Sequence record: MN871446.1
Source: Klebsiella phage KpLz-2_45
Strand: one strand, 5' to 3'
Length of the DNA: 64,000 nucleotides
Under the pieces are notes generated by a model. The model was not told the DNA's origin. It saw only the letters and a program-made list of their open reading frames with translations, and did not search any database. Position 1 is the stretch's first letter, and every line of letters begins with the position of its first letter. Of the stretch, positions 54,212 to 61,682 are shown in pieces. A program made the position numbers and the translations under genes.

Positions 54212-54659
54212 TTAACATTACCCCCGAGACCCCGTATTTGTTTCGCCAGACAGAGAAGGAGATTCCTTTCTCAGTGCGTTTAGCTTCTAACCAAACAGAT
54301 GAAAAGTATTTAATCTCGTCACCTGAACCCCCTACCGAAAGCCACAATTTCTTGCCATTAGAAGAATTCGACGAGCGAATGGCTTTCATGACAGAATGAA
54401 CAGAATCGATATAACTTGAAGTCGGGGACGTTAATTTTTGTTCGCCTAATCGGTTCTCCCAAAACGTTACGCTGTCAACTTCCCCGTAGCAGAACTTTGT
54501 CATATTCTGTTGCAATAGCGCAATCTGGGCGACATTGGTGACTTTGTTACTAAAAAGCATGTCAACTGCAGAGAGGAGCAGATCCTCATCTTTAGCAGTC
54601 AGTAACAGGGAAGCCTTTTCTTGATCAGTAAAACCTTTTATTAATTCTTCGATATTCAT
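54204..54659 (-). CDS. hypothetical protein 151 aa (N-terminus MNIEELIK...)
   Basis: ORF track. Confidence 0.45.
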   Translation of the reverse strand: MNIEELIKGFTDQEKASLLLTAKDEDLLLSAVDMLFSNKVTNVAQIALLQQNMTKFCYGEVDSVTFWENRLGEQKLTSPTSSYIDSVHSVMKAIRSSNSSNGKKLWLSVGGSGDEIKYFSSVWLEAKRTEKGISFSVWRNKYGVSGVMLSE

Positions 54660-54667
54660 ATTCTTCC

Positions 54668-55231
54668 TTAATTAAAACGGTTAGTCATGGCCAGCGGATT
54701 GACTTTAAAATGCTTATCGGTTTCTATCTGACGAGCTAATCGCGTAACTTCATCAGCGGCGATAATGTTATATTCATTTCCAATTGCCAGAATTACGCAT
54801 GGTTTCTCTACTTGGACAGAGAAACCCAAGGCATTATGTCGATTGATCACCTCGTAAGTCTTCTTCAATCGGCTTTCTTCTCCCTGTTCGATATTTAACC
54901 CAACCTCTTTCAGACCGTTGATAAAGTCTTGCAGATCTTGAAGAGTGTAAACAGGGAAAAGATGACCATTACCTGGTACAGCTTTTGTCCGTTGAAAGAA
55001 ACGAGTAACTGACGGGAGAAGTTTAAAACGAGGGACCGGGAATTCTCCAGATGTAACGGTTTCATTGAATTCCTTTTCCGATCGATGGTAAATCGTACCG
55101 TCTCCGTTCAACGGGTAGTAACTAACAGAAGTCTCCCCATCAGTGTCATTATTAGCAGAAGTCGCTAAACCGGATACAATGTAAATTTCGCCTTTATAAT
55201 GCCTATATACCTGCCCGATAGAAATGGTCAT
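54668..55231 (-). CDS. hypothetical protein 187 aa with DUF1653-like N-terminus
   Basis: GQVYRHYKGEIYIV resembles the YRHYKG-x-Y-x-V signature I recall for DUF1653. Confidence 0.35.
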   Translation of the reverse strand: MTISIGQVYRHYKGEIYIVSGLATSANNDTDGETSVSYYPLNGDGTIYHRSEKEFNETVTSGEFPVPRFKLLPSVTRFFQRTKAVPGNGHLFPVYTLQDLQDFINGLKEVGLNIEQGEESRLKKTYEVINRHNALGFSVQVEKPCVILAIGNEYNIIAADEVTRLARQIETDKHFKVNPLAMTNRFN

Positions 55232-55614
55232 TTCCCCGCCTTAAATTCATTAATTTCGATCCCGTAAACTTCGCAACTGATTTCGTTGTATGCTACGGCC
55301 GCGTTGACAGTGAAGCTATTGCTATTCCTGTCCATTGCCAATAATCCCAGTGGCAACACTTTAACGTGTTCTTTCACCCTGACACCACCTTGGTAATAGG
55401 CCCCTACCGGTTCGAGAGGACCCGTTACCTCTACCCATTTGTGGTAGGCAAGGTTTTCCACAGAACCCCCATTAAGAAGTTTCTCTGAGAAATATTCACC
55501 CATCACAGATTTGAGATGGCCACGGCAATCGACAGCGACCGCATTAAGAGAAACACCCGCCAGTAAAACTGCTAAAATCATCTTTTTCATATTTGTTACT
55601 CCCAAAACTCCCAA
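55228..55614 (-). CDS. secreted protein 128 aa
   Basis: Signal peptide MKKMILAVLLAGVSLNAVAVD. Confidence 0.5.
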   Translation of the reverse strand: MGVLGVTNMKKMILAVLLAGVSLNAVAVDCRGHLKSVMGEYFSEKLLNGGSVENLAYHKWVEVTGPLEPVGAYYQGGVRVKEHVKVLPLGLLAMDRNSNSFTVNAAVAYNEISCEVYGIEINEFKAGK

Positions 55615-56237
55615 TTAATTCCTTTACGAATTTCTTCGATGGTTTCTTTATAAGTTTCACCTAATGGTCTACGAGAAGAATTGAAGGAAAAAGACCCTTC
55701 TTCGTTAAAATGATATCGTCGGTCTTCGTCTGTATCAAAATAAAGAACAACTCCGTCTTTAACGAAACGACGTTCTTCAAGACCTTCACGCGGGTAAAGA
55801 AATTCACGCCAGCTCGGTTCACGAACGTAACCTTTCCGAGCTGCTAAATGATCAAGTGAAATTTCAGTAATTCTCCATTGTATTTCTGGTCGAGGGTCAC
55901 TGTACCCCAAATCGACGAAGAACTGAATGAAGTCGGATACGGCGATATTTGGAACTATACCTTTGAATCTCGCCGATTGGAAGAGGATAATTCCATCTTT
56001 GATCTCTACCGTCAGATCACTCGGTGAAAATATTTGAGTGTTATTTTCGATTTTTAAGTGCGCGAAAATACGAAACGCAAATGAACCTGTTACATTTTCT
56101 TCGTTGATAGATAAGAATTCTAACAGTTTAGAAATGTACTTCCCTTTCGTTAAACGATTGAATTCGAATGCCAAAGAAAGATTTCCTTCAACCAATTCAA
56201 AGCGCACTTCTTCCCATTTTAAATTAAACTTACCCAT
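55596..56237 (-). CDS. hypothetical protein 213 aa
   Basis: ORF track. Confidence 0.45.
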   Translation of the reverse strand: MGKFNLKWEEVRFELVEGNLSLAFEFNRLTKGKYISKLLEFLSINEENVTGSFAFRIFAHLKIENNTQIFSPSDLTVEIKDGIILFQSARFKGIVPNIAVSDFIQFFVDLGYSDPRPEIQWRITEISLDHLAARKGYVREPSWREFLYPREGLEERRFVKDGVVLYFDTDEDRRYHFNEEGSFSFNSSRRPLGETYKETIEEIRKGINWEFWE

Positions 56238-56267
56238 TTGTTTTACCCCAATTCACCTAAAAAGAAA

Positions 56268-56286
56268 AGGGCGGAAACCGCCCTTT
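56268..56286 (-). terminator. terminator
   Basis: GGGCGG-AAA-CCGCCC then TTTTCTTTTT on the minus strand. Confidence 0.6.
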
Positions 56287-56290
56287 ATCG

Positions 56291-57778
56291 TTACTGACCG
56301 ATAGCCTGGTTCAGTTTCTCAATCGCCAGCCCCAACGCCGCCTGCGCGTCAATCTGCGCGTCAATGGCTTTCTGCGCTTCGGCGAAACGCATGACGATTT
56401 CATCACGTAACGGTTTGATAGCAGCAATCAACGCCTCGTTACGCTCTTTCTGTTCCAGCTCAATTGCAACGCGTTCGAGTTCCAGAATCTGTTTACGGAC
56501 GTCAGTGGATGTTGCGGGTGCCATAGTTTGCTCTTTAAACTCGATCGGTGTGATAGGGTTTGGTACAGAGTTGGCCATTTCAGGGAGTGTTGCTAAGTTC
56601 ACCGGTCTAGCCTCTAAATGCGCCAACCGGTTAGGGTATTTCGAAGCATTAGTTTCCACAGTAGGTTCCCCTTCTTTCGCCCCTTTTTGTAACGCTTCCA
56701 TCACCGCCACTGCCATTGCAGTCGGTGCTTCAGTTTTCGTCCGATGAACAATCCCTACCGTATCTCCTTCTTCATTGAGTTTAATCCAGTTAACGTGGCA
56801 GCCAGGTTTGTTAGGGTGATCATCGCTGTAGATGGAGACAATACCCTTTTCTACTAACGGGTTCAAAATGGCGAAACGCGCTTCTTTACTCAATTCCGGT
56901 AGGTTAGGGAGATAGTTCCAAACCTGGTAGATCGGTAGTAAACTCTTAGACGCCTTCAGTAATTCTACGATCATGCCGCGGATAGCGGATTCGTTAACTT
57001 TTACCTGCGGTTTCGCTTCTTCTTTATTAGCGAAAGTATAGTCTTTTACCGCTTCCGGTAACACCGCTGTTTCAGCGTTAATGAAGTCAGGGTGAACAAA
57101 GCGCCCGACCGGGTACTTATATTTCTCCGGCTGCCATTCTTTCTCTACTACGCCTTCGTAGGCTTTCAGGTAGGAAAGAACTTGTTGACGAGGTGCGCCT
57201 TTCAGGTAGCGATACTCTTTGACCGACTCATCAATCTCAGTACGGGTAAAACCTTTCGGGTCAGTGAGGAGAAAGGCTTTGATTTTATCGGCCGCGTTAA
57301 TCAGTTTTACATCGACCAGGTGTTCGGCGCGAAGCGATTCAAAATCAACGACGGTTTTGGTTGTAACCGGTTTTTCTTGGGTGGCCATTTCTTTCTCCTC
57401 TTTGATAGGCGGGATAATGCGTTCCAGACGACTGCGTTTCTTAGTGACAATGGTCTGTTTACCTGCGCCGGTGATATGAACCACCGAACCAGACGGGCGT
57501 TCTTTCTCTGGCTGCGCAAGGACGTTAATCGGCGCCGTAAACATTTTGTGACGAAGGAGCGGTGCACACTTGACACCCTTTTGCGTTATCTCCGTTACGA
57601 CGATTCTGTTTTTCTCAATGACGTACTTGAGTAAGATATCCAGTTCTTTCTTCTTCAGTGAGCGTAGAGAAGGAATTTTAGACTGGAGCAGGTCATAGGT
57701 CATTCCTTCGGGCAAACGCTCCAGAAAGCGACTCAGTTCTTCATACGGCAGATATAAGTTTTCTTGTAAACGGATCAT
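56291..57778 (-). CDS. hypothetical protein 495 aa (Lys/Glu-rich, coiled-coil-like C-terminus)
   Basis: ORF track; AACTAAACC leader upstream. Confidence 0.5.
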   Translation of the reverse strand: MIRLQENLYLPYEELSRFLERLPEGMTYDLLQSKIPSLRSLKKKELDILLKYVIEKNRIVVTEITQKGVKCAPLLRHKMFTAPINVLAQPEKERPSGSVVHITGAGKQTIVTKKRSRLERIIPPIKEEKEMATQEKPVTTKTVVDFESLRAEHLVDVKLINAADKIKAFLLTDPKGFTRTEIDESVKEYRYLKGAPRQQVLSYLKAYEGVVEKEWQPEKYKYPVGRFVHPDFINAETAVLPEAVKDYTFANKEEAKPQVKVNESAIRGMIVELLKASKSLLPIYQVWNYLPNLPELSKEARFAILNPLVEKGIVSIYSDDHPNKPGCHVNWIKLNEEGDTVGIVHRTKTEAPTAMAVAVMEALQKGAKEGEPTVETNASKYPNRLAHLEARPVNLATLPEMANSVPNPITPIEFKEQTMAPATSTDVRKQILELERVAIELEQKERNEALIAAIKPLRDEIVMRFAEAQKAIDAQIDAQAALGLAIEKLNQAIGQ

Positions 57779-57809
57779 TGTATTTCTCCTTCTTCTTTTA
57801 CTGGTTTAG

Positions 57810-58181
57810 TTATTTGACTAACATTTGTAACGAGGCAATAACTGCTTTCAGTTCCTCATTACTGAGAACAAGGTAGGTCGAATCTTTTTCAAATAAGCCA
57901 TCGCGGCTCGTTGCGAAAAGATCCATGGGAATATCGGAGGAAATGTCACACGTTTTCATCTCCCCTAGGATGAAATCATTGAGTTCAACTCGTTCTTCTG
58001 AGGATCTGACTTCAATGTCAATTAAGGGTCTAAACACAAAGTCATCGCGTAGCGATTCGTATTTAACATTTAGAGCTAGATAACCCGGCTCTATTTGCCC
58101 CTCTGTCCAATCCGCTGGTCCAAATACAAAAAGTGTCCCGGAAGGTAATTTAAGAAATTCTTCTTTAGAATAAAGTTTCAT
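57810..58181 (-). CDS. hypothetical protein 123 aa
   Basis: ORF track; cassette 58230-58280 upstream. Confidence 0.45.
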   Translation of the reverse strand: MKLYSKEEFLKLPSGTLFVFGPADWTEGQIEPGYLALNVKYESLRDDFVFRPLIDIEVRSSEERVELNDFILGEMKTCDISSDIPMDLFATSRDGLFEKDSTYLVLSNEELKAVIASLQMLVK

Positions 58182-58229
58182 TGTATTTCTCCTATACTAG
58201 ACTGACAAAAATGAAATCGAATTTAATAC

Positions 58230-58280
58230 ATTCAACTATGTTGCATAACGGAGATATATACATGAAACAAATTGCATAAT
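58230..58280 (-). promoter_or_regulatory. recurrent cassette, copy 5 (degenerate)
   Basis: CAATTTGTTTCATGTATATATCTCC ... downstream of the nadV terminator and upstream of 57810-58181. Confidence 0.4.
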
Positions 58281-58281
58281 T

Positions 58282-58308
58282 CCCTACAGCACGCAGGTGC
58301 TGTAGGGA
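58282..58308 (-). terminator. terminator after nadV
   Basis: CCCTACAGCAC-GCAG-GTGCTGTAGGG. Confidence 0.55.
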
Positions 58309-58324
58309 ACGTTATGTCTTTAAA

Positions 58325-60106
58325 CTACAACCACTGCGCCGCACGTTGACGAATAGTACGAAGACTTTCCAGTACTTTCACGTCGCCGTTCAGGTACACA
58401 GTCCGCATCGCGTCAACCTCACTACCTCGAAGTGCTTCATACTCTTCACGGGTCAGGTTATCACGCAGTTCGAGTTTTCCGTTCTCGCCCTTCGCAACGA
58501 TCAGGTAACCTTTTGCCGATTTTTTGGTGCCATCGTCGGTTTTCGGGTTTTTCGCGATAGAGTAATGTTTACTGTTAACCTTCCCAGCGGTCGCCTTCAT
58601 GGCGATGCCCAGGGTGTCACGGGTAACATACTGGAATTCGAAACTGCCCACACCAAAGACCACGTTGGAACTACAGAACCCGTTCGCTTTCAAACGAGAA
58701 AGGATCTGGGTCATGCGGGTCAATGTGATTGCATCCCCGTAAATCAAACCGACATGCGGATCCAGTTCTTTGTAACCCGCAGCATTGGTTGTTCCGCCGA
58801 AGATTTCAAAAAGGATTTGCACGGCCCCTTTTTTCTCTTCCAAAGAAATAGGTTTACCGCTTTCAGTCGAATAGAAAACGTTGTCGATACAATAGCACTC
58901 GTATCCGTTTTCAGAAGAAAAACGACGAACATTTTCTTCTGTTTTCTCTCGACTTAATTCCGAGTAGAGCGTTTCACCGTCGATTCGCGGGTCGGGATAA
59001 ATACCAGCAGAAAGGTGATTATCGCCATCCCAAGTATAGCCGCAGAGGATGTGATACGGGTTACCGCTATCCGGACGATAGACCAGTTTACCGTCACGCG
59101 CCATAATCGCATCTTTATTAGCGATGGCTTTGGTGGTGATGGTATCGAAGAAGTCGTTAGTATCGCTGACGAAGCTGAAAACGCCAGACGGATAAACTTC
59201 AGTGATCAGTCGACGTTGGAAAAGTTCTTCCGCTTTCGACAGCAGTTCCGCTTCAGTCGCATTCTTGTACCCCGGAGTAGCTTGTAACTGCTCGACATAG
59301 ACTGCGATGTTCAAACAGGTTACACTGTGCTCTGTAGCGGGCACACTCCCGGCGATTTCAGAAATCGGCATATCGCCTTCTGGGTTATAGAAGCGATTCG
59401 CTGTCCAGACCGAAGGGAAGCTATCGCTCCCTTTGAAGTAGATCAGCTGACCGACTGAGCTGTTGGCATCATCGAACATACCCGACATACCGCGCAGTGC
59501 GAAGTTATGAGATTGGTAGTCGATAAAGGCTTTTGCCGCACCCGTTTCGTTAGCGTACTGCTCTAACACTCGACGGAAGTGCAACGCTTTCGTTGCCAGC
59601 ACACATGGCTTCCAGAGTTCGTTACTCCAGAGGTCTTCGAAATAACCCGTCAGCCACCCGAAGCCATCCACTGTGTTTTCAATCGTCAGGAATGGAACAC
59701 GAATAGGGACGAGTGAGCCTTCCGGTACCGCACGGATTTCCAGTGGGAGATAACCCAGCTCGTGAAGTGCTTTCAGGTGAGCGGATTTCACCACACCTTT
59801 ACCCAGAACACCATCCATATACTGAAGGTATTCTGCCTCCGATTCGTTGAACGGCGCTTTAAAGAAGTTATCGAAACTTCCCACCAACCAACGCAGAACC
59901 AGGCGCTGCATTCCCATGAACACCGAACCGTCGAAGTCCAGAGGCGTATTGAAGTACGTATGACTACGCGCCGTCAGGTTTTCAAAGAAGCTGTCAGTGC
60001 CCAGAGGTTGTTGATTGATGTGCCCCGTTTTGTAGGCGTCGCACAGCAGGAAAACCAGCGGATCTTCAGTATAGAACTTTGGGTCTTTCAGTAAAGGGTT
60101 GGTCAT
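58325..60106 (-). CDS. nadV: nicotinamide phosphoribosyltransferase (NAMPT/NadV)
   Basis: N-terminus FLLCDAYKTGHINQ aligns with NAMPT LLATDSYKVTHYKQ; 593 aa, longer than the ~490 aa I recall for NadV/NAMPT; terminator 58282-58308. Confidence 0.75.
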   Translation of the reverse strand: MTNPLLKDPKFYTEDPLVFLLCDAYKTGHINQQPLGTDSFFENLTARSHTYFNTPLDFDGSVFMGMQRLVLRWLVGSFDNFFKAPFNESEAEYLQYMDGVLGKGVVKSAHLKALHELGYLPLEIRAVPEGSLVPIRVPFLTIENTVDGFGWLTGYFEDLWSNELWKPCVLATKALHFRRVLEQYANETGAAKAFIDYQSHNFALRGMSGMFDDANSSVGQLIYFKGSDSFPSVWTANRFYNPEGDMPISEIAGSVPATEHSVTCLNIAVYVEQLQATPGYKNATEAELLSKAEELFQRRLITEVYPSGVFSFVSDTNDFFDTITTKAIANKDAIMARDGKLVYRPDSGNPYHILCGYTWDGDNHLSAGIYPDPRIDGETLYSELSREKTEENVRRFSSENGYECYCIDNVFYSTESGKPISLEEKKGAVQILFEIFGGTTNAAGYKELDPHVGLIYGDAITLTRMTQILSRLKANGFCSSNVVFGVGSFEFQYVTRDTLGIAMKATAGKVNSKHYSIAKNPKTDDGTKKSAKGYLIVAKGENGKLELRDNLTREEYEALRGSEVDAMRTVYLNGDVKVLESLRTIRQRAAQWL

Positions 60107-60966
60107 TTCACACGTCCATCTTTAGCAGTTAAATAAGATTGGGTTGGTAACCCGTCGTCAGTGATATTTTCCCACCAAACGTTGGTTGAGAAAATCTGAT
60201 CAAAAGCGATAGAGAGTTCACCCAGGCCCTTGGAAAAAATTCCATGGGTCACGAAGAGACTGAGCGATTTCGGGTTTTGGGTATTGAGTTTTTTCGCCAG
60301 CTCAGTGAAAGTCCACCCACCATCGCAGATGTCGTCGACAACCAACAAATTACGACCTTCGATATTGTCATTGTCCAATAACGTAATGTCGAGAATGTTG
60401 CCGGTTTTAGTATCGCGCTTTTTGTTTGCGTAAACGATAGGCACCCCGCCGAGTAGTTTTGCCAACTCTTCAGTTTTCTTCGCCGCGCCGCCGTCCGGTG
60501 AAACTAACACGACGTTATTTTCCCGAATCCAATTAGCCAATAAATTGTAGACAATTTTTGACTGTTCCAGGACGACGAGGTTTTTGATCAGTGCCGGGGT
60601 AACGTTAGAGTGCGGATCGTGTATCAACACTCGGTCTGCTTTCAGGCTGTTGAACAGTTCAGCAAAAACGCCGAGCGAAAACGATTCGCCTGCATTACAG
60701 ACACGGTCCTGCCGCGCATACGGGAAATAAGGCACGACTAAATGGAGTTCTGTTTTCGCCGTGTATTTCCCAATACGACGAATAGCATCGACCAGTAACA
60801 GTAGACGCACTGCCTCGGTGGAGGATTTGATACTTCCTTCTATTTTAACAACACCGATATCATGAGGTGGTAGACCATGACGATTAATGGCGATATGTTC
60901 CTCGCCACCCGGGAAAGTTAAATTTTCATAAAGGACCGGTTGGTCATCAAACGTAACTTTAAACAT
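60103..60966 (-). CDS. prs: ribose-phosphate pyrophosphokinase (PRPP synthetase)
   Basis: PRPP-binding loop LLVVDDICDGGWTF (type I PRTase/Prs motif VLVDDMIDTGGT); 287 aa; 4-nt overlap with nadV. Confidence 0.65.
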   Translation of the reverse strand: MFKVTFDDQPVLYENLTFPGGEEHIAINRHGLPPHDIGVVKIEGSIKSSTEAVRLLLLVDAIRRIGKYTAKTELHLVVPYFPYARQDRVCNAGESFSLGVFAELFNSLKADRVLIHDPHSNVTPALIKNLVVLEQSKIVYNLLANWIRENNVVLVSPDGGAAKKTEELAKLLGGVPIVYANKKRDTKTGNILDITLLDNDNIEGRNLLVVDDICDGGWTFTELAKKLNTQNPKSLSLFVTHGIFSKGLGELSIAFDQIFSTNVWWENITDDGLPTQSYLTAKDGRVK

Positions 60967-61014
60967 TATAACCCCTTTGAAAGTGTTAAAACTTAATCTT
61001 CAAAATAAATATTA

Positions 61015-61554
61015 TCAGCGTGTTATTGGATTCTGTATTTTCACGAACGTAGAGAAACGGCATCCCTCGTCTTCCCCGAATTCATGCGACTCAAGGGTCC
61101 AACCACGGTGAACGGTAGTATAAGAGAATAGTTTACTGAGTTCTTGGATAAGATCAATGTCGAGCGGAACATTCCCTTTGGAGCGAATAGGGATTTCCGT
61201 CACGTAAAGCTTCTGTACCCGATCTAATAGTTGTTTGTAGATACTTACCCCTCCGCAGATAACAATCTCGTTGTAGCCTTTTCTAGAGGCGTCTACAGCG
61301 ATATCTTCAAATGAGCTATACGCGAGGAGTTCGGGGGTGTTTTCAAACTGACTGGGATCAGAGGTCAGAACATAATGGGCTCGTCCGGGTAAAGCCCGGC
61401 CAATACCCTTAGCCGTAGTAGACCCCATGACGATGGCTTTATTTTTGGTTTTTCTTACAAACCATGAAAGGTCTTCTTTTGATTTCCAAGCAAGTTTATC
61501 ATCTTGTCCGATAATGTAATCGAGATCGTGCGCGACAATCATTGAAAATAACAT
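61015..61554 (-). CDS. dihydrofolate reductase (start moved to internal ATG at 61554; ~179 aa)
   Basis: MLFSMIVAHDLDYIIGQDDKLAWKSKEDLSWFVRKTKNKAIVMGSTT matches DHFR N-terminal blocks (MISLIAA ... IGxxNxLPW ... D ... F ... TxGxxxIMGRKT); RBS AAGGAA precedes the internal ATG. Confidence 0.75.
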   Translation of the reverse strand: MLFSMIVAHDLDYIIGQDDKLAWKSKEDLSWFVRKTKNKAIVMGSTTAKGIGRALPGRAHYVLTSDPSQFENTPELLAYSSFEDIAVDASRKGYNEIVICGGVSIYKQLLDRVQKLYVTEIPIRSKGNVPLDIDLIQELSKLFSYTTVHRGWTLESHEFGEDEGCRFSTFVKIQNPITR

Positions 61555-61629
61555 GTTGATTTCCTTAATAGCGGGTTCAAAATAATTTAGATTGGCGTGA
61601 TAATAGAGGTGATGACTTCGCATTAACCC

Positions 61630-61648
61630 GTTTCTTGTGACAAGAAAC
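61630..61648. promoter_or_regulatory. perfect 9-1-9 palindrome GTTTCTTGTGACAAGAAAC in divergent intergenic region
   Basis: Between the dihydrofolate reductase start (61554, minus) and the tailspike start (61683, plus); contains TGTGA / TCACA-like half-sites. Confidence 0.4.
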
Positions 61649-61682
61649 AAGCTATATCCACACGGTTTGGAGTGCCAACTAC

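Noticed and set aside
58325-60106. Possible fusion or intein in the 593-aa NadV
   Set aside because: The N-terminus aligns to the NAMPT start, and no intein or second catalytic motif is recognisable by eye. The extra length is left as an open observation, not a called feature.
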